Shown here: piece after piece, positions 1-10,329 of the stretch
Position numbering within the stretch: position 1 is the first letter of the stretch
Layout of the letters: the number at the start of each line of letters is the position of its first letter
Origin: Geosiphon pyriformis uo1
Taxonomy: Eukaryota; Fungi; Glomeromycota
Direction of reading: 5' to 3'
NCBI GenBank assembly: GCA_016748015.1
Contig: JAAOMT010000597.1
Coordinates: 186,001-250,000 of the forward strand
DNA length: 64,000 nucleotides
Translations under genes and position numbers: made by a program
The notes under the pieces: generated by a model
Seen by the model: the letters and a program-made list of their open reading frames with translations, nothing else
Database searches by the model: none
Told to the model about the DNA's origin: nothing

Positions 1-994
1 GAAAAGTGGATACTGACAAGTCGAAATGAACTCAAAAAATCGACCCAAAACAGCATTTACCACCCAAGAAAGAAACTATGAGTTCAATGTTATGTCTTTT
101 AGACTCTGCAATATACCAGCAATATTTCAGCAATTCATGGATGTTGTATATAAAGAACTCTTATGGCAATCAATAGTTGTCTATTTTGATAACACTAATG
201 TGTACTCATCAAGCTTTGAAGCTCATCTTATTTATCTGTGAGAAGTTTTTCAATGATTACAGAAAGCAAGATTAAAGTTGAACATTGAGAAATGTTACTT
301 TGGAAAAACAAGTTTAATCTTTCTTGGACATATTGTTAGCAAAGATAGAGTCCAACCAAATTCTGGAACAATTAATGCTGTTAAAAACTTTCAAACATCC
401 AGAAATACTACAAAATTACAAGGATTTGTAGAATTAGCCTTCTACTATCAAAAATTTATAAAAGGATTCTCAGAAATTACCAAACCACTTAACTATCTTA
501 TTAACAAAAATGTGCTATATCAATGGACTGAAGAACAACAAAAAGCTTTTGAAATTCTCAAAACAAAATTAACAACAGCCCCAGTTTTTGCTTATCCAGA
601 CTTCAACAAACGGTTCTAATTAGCTACTGATGCCTTATATATAGCTTTTGGTGCCATTTTATCACAATTAAATGAAAATAGCCAAGAACAAGTCATTGCT
701 TATGCTAGTAGAACACTCAAACCAACAGAATTCAAATATGGCTCAACTGAATTAGAAGCTGCTGCAGTTATTTGGGCTATTAAACATTTTCAACAATACC
801 TGAAGAATAGAAAAGAATTTGACATTATAACTGACAATATTGGTCTTATATAGTTCAATAAAAAAAAAACTGAACAAAATGCCAAACAGTTTTAATAGAA
901 TGACTTCCTAACAGACTACAAATATATTGTACACCACAAACCAGAAAAACTACACACCAATGTTAATAGTTTCTTAAGAATAAGACAAGATTAA
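1..994 (+). pseudogene. pol: Element A RT C-terminal half and RNase H, decayed; ends at conserved TAA 992-994
   Basis: KTAFTT..YEFNVMSF, VVYFDN (decayed YxDD), LGHIVS, ATDA..FGAILSQ, ELEAAAVIW; several premature stops. Confidence 0.93.
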
Positions 995-1049
995 CACCAC
1001 CAACAAATCCACTACAACTTATTACTACCAACAAAACAACAAAACAACA

Positions 1050-2435
1050 ATAGATTCCAGAAATTACAACAACTTTAAAAATTATTTGGAGACTCTTATC
1101 ATGCCAAAAAATTGGTCTCCAAGTGAAAAACATTAATTACAACACCAATCTAAACAATATTTCATATATCATAACAAAATTTATTATAAAAATTGCAGAA
1201 ACTCAAACCAACTATTCAGATTAGTACAAGAGAATGAAAAAGAAACAATCCTATACAACATGTATACAAATCCTTTGTCAGCATACTTGGGAAGAGATGG
1301 AACAATTCAAAAAACTCTTAAACATTACTTTTGGTCTCACATGCAAAAAAACATTTGACAATATATAGAATTTTGTAATAGTTGTCAAAAAAAAAGAGAA
1401 ACTCACCCCATAGAACCTATAAATCCAATCAAAGTTGGACAATTTTTTGACAGAGTTGGAATTGATTTAGTCAGACCATTATCTATTACAATCCAAGGAA
1501 ATTTTTATATTGCAGTTGCAGTAGATTATCTTACCAAATGGTCTGAAGCTAGAGTCATCTAAAGAACAGATGCAAAATCAGTAGCAAATTTTATCTATAA
1601 AGACATTATTTGTAGACATGGATGCCCAATTAAACTTTTATCTAATCAAAGAACACATTTTGTAAACAACTTAATACAAAAAATTTGTGAACAATTCAAT
1701 GTCAAAAAACTTTTATTATCACCTTATTACCCCTAAACAAATGGACTTGTAGAATAGTTCAACAGAATATTGTATGAATCTTTAGCCAAAGTCTTAACAG
1801 ATTTTGAGCAGGAATGGAATATCTTTATTCCATCAGTATTACTAGCATACAGAATACTAAAACAAGATACTATGAAACACACACCATTTGATCTTACTTA
1901 TGGAAAGACAGCAATATTACCAATTAATTTCACAGTAGAAACATACTCAATGCAATCAATCAATGAAGAAAACTTTCAAGAAACCCTCCAAAGAAGAGCT
2001 TATACTTTTTTTAGTACATTGAAAAGAAAGAAACACATAGCAGCCACTCATATTGAACACTCCCAAGCCCTACAAAAAGAAAAACATGACAACAAACTAC
2101 CATCAGTTACCAATGAATTTAAAGTTAGAAATAAAGTTTTCTTACACAGAACTAAGGCTAAAAAACAATGAAATAGAAAATTTGAACATAAATAGGATGG
2201 ACCATTTTATATTCATGAAATTCTAGGCAATAGATCATATAAGTTAAGACTTGATGACAAAGTACTGGCAAAAGTTGCACATAGAAATAGATTAAAACAT
2301 TATTATTCCAGAAACAATTCTGAACCATTAATTCCACAAATTGGTACACATTCCTCTTTAATTAATCCTGAAGATATTCTCCAAAATTTAGAACCAATAG
2401 TTATAATAAAACAATAACCAAACTTGAACAATTAA
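1050..2435 (+). pseudogene. Element A integrase as a separate ORF (start ATG decayed to ATA)
   Basis: HHCC region, VGIDLV, DYLTKW, DGPFYI (GPY/F motif); same 1386-bp length as G integrase. Confidence 0.9.
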
Positions 2436-2597
2436 TTTAACATTTTTACAAAAACTTTTTTAAATACACAAAACATAAAACAAAAATAGTAAATAATTAC
2501 AAAAAACATTTAAAACCAAAAACAAATAAAAACCCAATACTCAAAGATAATTTTCTTTATTTTTTTTTAAAATTACTTATTAATTAGTTATTTTATC

Positions 2598-3115
2598 ATG
2601 ATTATTCCTCAAAATATTCAACAAATATCCCAAAAATTAATATTAGCCTTGAAAACACTTCCTGACTTATCCATAATAATTAATGAAAATTAAATTAATT
2701 ACATTCAGAAAAAAACCACAGCCCTAATAGTAAATAATTCTCAGAATTATCACTCTTATAGAAAAAAAACAAGAGATTATTCTAAAATTCAATTACCAGA
2801 ACTTTTGAAGCAAGCACTAAAAAAAAACCTTTTATTTGCCCCTATTGACATTCCACCAAATGCCACAATTCAACAAAAACTTCTACTATTTCTTAATAAA
2901 CAGAACAATAAACATACTCTTATCTATAAATATTTTCATATTGGAAAAACACTTTATGAACAAAAACTGGAACTTGAAGCAACACACATCACTCTTGAAG
3001 CTATTTAAAAACAAATTCACAATGAATTCAAGGCAGCAGCTGGACCAACAAACACTTACTACAAACTTAGAGCAGCATTTAGACTCCATGATTTATTCTA
3101 CACTTGTGAAAACGT
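2598..3115 (+). pseudogene. Element A ORF3, 5' part (continues at 13156-13345)
   Basis: MIIPQNIQQI...YKYFHIGKTLYEQK, homologous to intact ORF 37640-38347. Confidence 0.85.
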
Positions 3116-3188
3116 TGTTACTCATAGAAAAAAAAAACAGATATAAAAAAATAGTAGACCAATAGAAAAGTAGTAGTTAGCACATAAG

Positions 3189-3380
3189 CACATTGCTCAG
3201 CAATGTGGAGCAATATTAGAAAGTATGGCATATTGCTTAGCAATGTGGAGCAATATTAGAAATCACAGCATATGGCTCAGCAATGTAGAGCAATGTCAAA
3301 AAAATACGGCACATTGCTTAGCAATATAAGCATTGTTTGAAAAATTATAGCACATCACTTGGGAATGTGAGCAATTTCAT
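3189..3380 (+). repeat. U3 tandem array: about five ~40-bp units built on the palindrome CACATTGCT-C-AGCAATGTG
   Basis: Seen in all four B-family LTRs just upstream of the TATA-like box. Confidence 0.85.
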
Positions 3381-3395
3381 AAAACCCAAATTATG

Positions 3396-3485
3396 TATAT
3401 ATAGCAGTAGTATTAGAAGTAGAAAAAACAGACCTCTCAGTTTAGATTTGATCTAAGCAACCTGCTATTTACAAATATCAATAAA
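3396..3485 (+). promoter_or_regulatory. LTR TATA-like box (TATATATA, ~3396) and polyadenylation signal AATAAA (~3480)
   Basis: Same order and spacing in B, D and I LTRs; function inferred. Confidence 0.6.
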
Positions 3486-3997
3486 TAATTATTCACCATC
3501 TCAATCTACTCTCCACTATCAACACTTTATGTTGATAGTAAGTTATACTTAACCACATGAGAACAATAGTTCTTGATCACAGCTATTGACAGGATACTAA
3601 CTTGCAATTGCTTTTATTTATTTTTTTATTTTTTTATTTTATTTCTTTTGTTTTGTTATTTTGTTGGTTTTACTAAACTGATTAAAGATTAAGCACTGAG
3701 TTATTAATATCAAGAATAGTCTGGTAAAAGACCCCAAAGGAAGGATATAGGAATTGAGAATTTAAAGATAGCTTACTAGAAGGGCATCTCTGCCAAGATT
3801 ACTGGCCACCATGCTGAGAAAAAAATTCGATGGAATTGCAATTCTGGGAGACTACAGAAAAGACAACACTTAAATCTCTGTCTATTATACAAAAGACACT
3901 ACAACAAAACTTTCAGATATTGACACCAGAATACCAACCCAGCACCAAGTTACAGATTTGTTATTTGACTTGAGATTCCAAATAATCATCTGTAACA

Positions 3998-4016
3998 TTT
4001 AGTGCTCCCTGTGAGG
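3998..4016 (+). other. Primer-binding site; family consensus TGGTGCTCCCTGTGAGG (here TAGTGCT...)
   Basis: Starts 2 nt after the LTR. Complementary to a tRNA 3' end ...CCUCACAGGGAGCACCA, resembling elongator tRNA-Met or tRNA-Ile(UAU); identity not verified. Equivalent sites at ~16781, ~20834, ~56884, ~61941. Confidence 0.75.
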
Positions 4017-4060
4017 TATAATCCTACAGAGAACCAGCACCAACTACACTTATTCCAAAA

Positions 4061-7000
4061 GTGGCAGAATCAGAAAGTATAGGAGCAAACCATTTAAGAT
4101 TTGCAAAATCTTTATTTCAACACTACTGTCAACACTTAGGATTAAACCAAAATCATATATCAACGGAATCAGCCTTCAATTTTTATGTCAACAAGAAAAT
4201 TGCATATTTGTTAAGAACACCAGTAAACATTGAATCAGCAAGAGAAACTTTTTACCACAAATTAATCCAAAACACCAGCCTACCAACAAATTATAATTTT
4301 GCATCCATCATTACTAAGATTAATAAAGAAATTGAACATCACACACAACAAAGATACCCAATCACTTATGCTAATAAAGGCAAAGGAAAATTACAAACAC
4401 CAGCAGTGACATCAAAACAAATACAACCACCCACTTGAAAGAAAACCAAAGTTAAATTACCAACAAATTCATCATACCACTATATACCTGAAAGTATTAT
4501 CAGCATCACATCAACAGGCACATCCACATCACATGTAACATTAATCTTTAGATGATTTCCATTTCAGAGTAAACAAAAGAAAGAAGATCTTCTAAGACCA
4601 TACAGTATGTATTTTGAAGAATTTAAGTCCCAATTACCAACACCATCAAGACTTCAATCTCTACCACCCCAACTAGATTTTGGAACTGTGAGTTCCTGGA
4701 AAGTAATGGAATTGAAGAAAGAACAAGAAGAAGAGGAAGAAGAATCTGAAAATCAAGAATTTACTTACCAGAACCCGATCCCAGAAAACCCAAACATTAA
4801 AACCCTGAATTTCCAGACTCAGCAAAATCTAAATTTAGAAAATCCGGAAATTGAAACTCCAAATTTTCAAACACAGCCAAATCAGAACAACCAAAACTCT
4901 GACTTAATTAATCAATAAAACTTACCTCCTGGAATCATTATTAATTAGCCACTAGCTGAACCCATATGACAGCCACTCCAACAACTGCTTTAATAAATTT
5001 ATCAGCCACTGGTACCACAACAATAACAACAAATAGCATATGTACCAATTGCAAAGCTCAATAAATTTACTGGCGAAGAAGACAATGCCCAAGTCTGGCT
5101 GAATGATGTAGCTAAAGCAATTACAGCCAATAACTGGGATGATGCTAGAGCCATGCAAGCAATTTTCTACTTTTTTTAGGACACTGCCGATGCATGATAT
5201 TAAAGCCTTGTCATCAAACCCCAAAATTTTAACGAATTCAAAACCGAATTCTTGAGGTACTTTAGTAACAATAATAGCATCAACAAATTAGCCAACACCT
5301 TCACCACAATCAAACAAGGGAAAACTGAAGCAGTTATAACTTATTTGGAACAGTTCCACAGGAACCTATGCCAAATTCAAGCAATCCAAGCTGACTATTT
5401 TACAGTGCCACAAATTCTAAACCAGTTCATCTGTGGATTGCACAATAGCATCCTCCAACATGTATGTCCAATACACCCACAAACTCTCCAGAATGCAGTT
5501 ACCAATGCACAAGATTTTGAAGCAACTGAACTAGAAGCCAATTATGCTCAAGCTGTAAACCTGGTCATGAATAGATCATCTGAATTGGATTCCAAATTGA
5601 AACAATTCAGTGATTCAATTAATCAGAAATTAGAAGAATACTTAGCTAACAATCACACAATATATCAACCATCACAATGACACAATAATTTGGGAAACAC
5701 GGATTATTTCCAGAATTAGTTATGTTTAATATCCTCGACCAATCAACAGTGGCAGCAGGAAATGCATATTTGCCACTATTGTAGTAAACAAAGACATTTG
5801 CAATTTGAATGTCGAAAAAAGATAAGCAACCAGAGATCAGTTAATCAGTATCAAAACTCTGATCACCAACTACAAACTCAGAATTACATCAGTAATCAAT
5901 CAAACCCAGCTCTATATCAACAAGATTACCTACCTATGATACAGCCAATATATTAAACACCAATAACACAACAATTATACTCACTTTTAGTTTATCAGCC
6001 TCTAGCAGCAATTTATTAACCACAGTTCCAACCCAATTATCAGCTGTAGTCTCAGGTAAATTATCCACCCCAACAATATCAAACACTACCATAGAACTTA
6101 CCTCAAAACAGAACTCAAAGACCGAGCTTAACACAGCAAAGCTGGAGATTGTTGATGATAATTCATCAACTGATTTCCAGTTTTACAGCACAACTATTAG
6201 GATCTTAACCATGGAATTCAGACACTGGGTATGCCCAAAACCCGAATTTTTAGAACTATTTAAGTCTCCTGGTTATCCCAAAAGACACCCCACCCAATAA
6301 TCTGAAAACCAACCAAAAACAATCACTCACCAACAACATACCTCCAGCCACCGTCACCAACAATGAATCACTAGCAGTGATCTTTCCATTTGAACTTGAA
6401 GAAACTATACCAGTCTCATTATTCAGTAGAGCTGCTCTTAACACCAAACCAATCACTGCTATGTACACTGATGCCAAAGTCGATAACCACTCCATCAAAC
6501 TAATCCTAGATAGTAGATCAGCTGGCAGCATTATTACAAAGCAACTCATGAACCAATTAGGTTACCAAGTTGATCACACTGCCAGCACCAGAATCATAAC
6601 CACCAATAAAGCAACCAAAACTTCCATTGGTGAGATTAATGACTTTCCTATAGAAGTCAACAACATCATTGTACTAATCAAAGTATTAGTCATGAAAGCC
6701 ACCCAATACCAAGCACTTGTTGGTAATAATTGGCTATCTAAAACCAATGCATTGCTTGATTGGAATACACAGAAGCTTCAAATCAGCCAGAATAGATGAC
6801 ACACACATGTATCAGCCACGTGTGGCCACTTTACAACCACCAACACAACAGCACAACTCATAGAGTTCGAAGAAGAAAAAGAAAAACCTACCTGGAAAGC
6901 TTATCAAGTGTCCTAGGCCAGCAAAAAACACAACAAACTGCTGCCAGTATCTTTGTGGGACAACAATAACAGAAAAGGAAAGAAAAGAGAAGAACTTACC

Positions 7001-10000
7001 TGGAATGCTGATCAAAACTAAGAAACCCACAACGATCAGGACAAATTATCAACAACCTGGAAATAGGAAGAGGATAAAATAAAAGAAAAAAGGAAAAAAA
7101 AAGAAGAAAATTCCATACCAACCCCTATTCACCCTACATATACATACACAACACCACAATTAAGCTGTCATCGCCCAAAACTCATATGCATCAATTGTGA
7201 TAAGAAATTGTCATCAATGAGTGTGTGTTGTGGCAATGAGGAAAAATACTCAACAGTAACCAAATTCTATTGCCGCGCATGCGTCATAGAATGCTTTGGA
7301 TGTCCAAAATGAAAAAGAAAATGAGACAATAAACCATGCTTGGCTTGTGGAGAAACTCTTCTGGATGAAGGAATATGGAATAACATTCCTGGGTGAGGAA
7401 AAACGTGCAACAAATCATGTCAATACACAATTCTCATAAGTGACTGGATAAGAAAAAGAATGCCTATAGACACTGCCTAGAGACAAGCTGTCAAATGTCT
7501 GGATGGATGTCCACACAACAATAATGAAATCTGGCGAATGGCACTTGCCAAAATCAAAGGAACAATCCCAGAAAAAATAAAAACAATCAAAAACAACCCA
7601 CTTGAACCCATAGAACTTGACTGGGACCCAGAACCAGTCATAAATCTACTAGATCCAGAACAATTCCATGAACACTACCAGAAATTAGCACCCACTAGAA
7701 AGGAACAAAAGCAATGGTTGGAAGAAATCAATACTCGATTATGTGATCATTGTTTAATTCTTTGTGACTTCCAATATTGTAATAAGTGTGACCTCATTTA
7801 CAATCCACCACCATGCATGATCTACACAATCCCAGAGGAAGAAGAACCAATCAGCAGCTGTGCATCGGAATTGGAATCAGTTCTTAATCCCAATTCAGAC
7901 TCTGACAACAATGATGACAAAAATAATGGTTTCAGCTCCATTCAAAATGGCAATAACAATGACAACAATTCCAACTCAGATTCAAACTCAGATTCAAACT
8001 ATGAACAATATATCATGCTTTTTGATTTCACCAAAGAACAGGAACTAAAATGGTTCAGCGATAATGATAAAGGTATTATGCCAGAATGTGCCTATGATAC
8101 TGACATAAGGTTTGATCTGAGATATTCAGAGAAAAATCCCATCAAATTGGAACCACATTTGCGCACTTGTATTGATCTGAAAATAGCACTAGAAATTCTA
8201 GCAACAATAGTTCAACTAGCATCTAAAAGTAGTTTAGCAAAAAAAAAAATTAACATTAGAGGAGGAATAATTGATGCAAGATACATAAGAAATATTATTG
8301 CTATGCTACAAAATGATTCAGAAAGGCATATATCATAGATCCAAACAAAAAGATAGCACAGGCAATATTCCTACCTCTGGTAAAAATAGCTCAATTAGTG
8401 TTAGTGAAAAACAGAGAGGAATTAGAGATTACAGCTAGAGAGATACAAGAATTCAGATCAACAAGTAGAATAGATATACCAGTCAATATAGCAGAGGAAG
8501 AAATTGTTAACAAAGAAGAAATTATCTCAACCTGTCAAGCAATTTCCATTCCACCATATAACCAGTATATGTTAGCCATAAAAAAAGAAGTAAAAGATCA
8601 AGTTCAATTGTTTGAAGCAGAAGCCACTATTTGTGAATCAGGAGAGATTGGACTCACCAATCTCTACATCTCAGCCAACAGCCCCAAAAATATTAAAATT
8701 CTCATTCACAACACAACTGGAAACATCATTGAAATACCAAAGAGAACCATCATTGAATATTTAACCACTGAAGTTGAGAATCAACCACCAAACCACATTC
8801 CAGATTTTTTACAACTGTGTGGATATGTGAACATCACATCACAAACCATCTATGGATGAAGTGAATACTATCTGTTCCAACCAGAACAATTGGAACAGAT
8901 AAACATAAGAAATCTAGATCCACTCCAACAGATGCAACTAAAGATGTTACTCAGCAACTTCAATGACATCTTTGCTAGCAAAAATGAATTTGGCTGTACC
9001 AACATCATTCAGCATCAGATCAAAACTGGAGATGCAATGCCAATTAAACAAAGAGCATACAGAGTACTACCAGCTAGCCATGAGATCATTTGTCAAGAAA
9101 TCAATCAGATGCTTGACAATGGGCTAATTCAGCCATTAATGAGTCCATGGTCGTCACCAGTGGTACTAGTCCAGAAAAAAATGGAAAAATTTGCTTTTGT
9201 GTAGATTACCAAAAATTGAATGGAATAACCAAGAGAGACAGCTATCCAACTCCAAAAATCCAAAAACTATTTGATGCTTTTGGAGGAAACAAATGGTTCT
9301 TGATACTGGATCTAAATAGTGGCTACTGGCAAGTAGCCATAGATCCAGCTGACAAAAAAAAGACCACATTAACAACAAAAGAAGGGAATTTTGAATTTGA
9401 AGTCATGCCATTTGGCTTGATGAATGCTCCAGCAACATTCCAATAGCTCATGGAAATTGTATATACTAGACTACTATGGAAATTAGTAGTCGTATACTTA
9501 AATGACACCAATGTATTCTCAAAAACATTTGATGATCATCTGCATCACCTCCAGCAGGTGTTTGAAAGACTAAAAAGAGCCGAATTGAAACTAAATGCAA
9601 TAAAGTGTTTCTTTGAAAAAACTAAACTCAAGTTTTTGGGACATGTTGTAAGCAAAAATGGTATTAAAATGCATTTAGATAAGATTGCAATAGTAAAGAA
9701 CTTTCCAGTACTAACAAATTTGCCAGAACTAAGGGCATTTTTGGGATTCGCAGGCTATTATTACTGCTTCATCAAAGACTTTTCCAAACTAGCTCAGTCA
9801 TTTCACCAGTTACAAACTAAGAATGTAAAGTATGAATGGACTGAAGCTTAACAAAAAGCATTTGACACATTGAGAAGAAAGCTTATTCAAGCTCCAGTGT
9901 TAATGTATCCAGATTACAGCAAATCATTTATTATCACTACAGATGTATCAGGTCAAACATTGGAAGCAGTACTATTGCAGAAAAGACCAGATGGAAGAAA

Positions 10001-10298
10001 ACATCCAGTAGCTTATGCCAATAAAAGCTTAAATCCAGCTGAAAAGAACTATGAAACTCCAGCACTGGAACACTTAGCAATCTATTGGGCAGTCATGAAA
10101 TGGAGAAAATACTTGAGCCAAAAGTTTGAAATATACACGGATCACAAAGGACTGACTTCAATTTAAAAACAAGAATTTGCAAACAATCGCCATATTAGAT
10201 GAAAAATAGAACTTTTACCATTTAACTATACAGTACATTATAAAAAGGGAAAAGATAATGGAAATGCTGATGGATTGTTACAAATGAGACAAATCTAA
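4061..10298 (+). pseudogene. gag-pol: B1 ORF1: Gag (capsid, CCHC) - protease - Cys-rich domain - dUTPase - RT - RNase H, decayed
   Basis: CHYCSKQRHLQFEC knuckle, LILDS(G) protease, GGIIDA dUTPase, SGYWQ/VYLND RT, ITTD RNase H; fragments from 4061 to 8338 share one frame. Confidence 0.93.
8047..8466 (+). pseudogene. dut: B1 dUTPase domain
   Basis: FDL, S(R)SSLA, GGIIDA, KIAQAIF and a decayed motif 5 (GFGST in B2). Confidence 0.88.
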
Positions 10299-10329
10299 AA
10301 ACATTCCAACCCAAAAATATAACAAAAAA

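Larger units (their letters stand above)
3116..3997 (+). repeat. B1 5' LTR
   Basis: TGTTA...GTAACA; homologous to 12270-13151, 19972-20831 and 29257-30138. Confidence 0.95.

Noticed and set aside
3189-3380. Palindromic repeat array resembling CRISPR
   Set aside because: The spacers are themselves repeated, the array lies inside eukaryotic LTRs, and there are no cas genes.
3711-3830. Hairpin, hammerhead or VS ribozyme assignment for the U5 motif (AGAA, AGCC, GAAGGGC words)
   Set aside because: The loop A register is off by one, there is no loop B partner, and no CUGAUGA/GAAA core. Left as an unassigned structured RNA.
3998-4043. tRNA gene at the PBS
   Set aside because: Only a ~17-nt complement and a short mimic; no cloverleaf.
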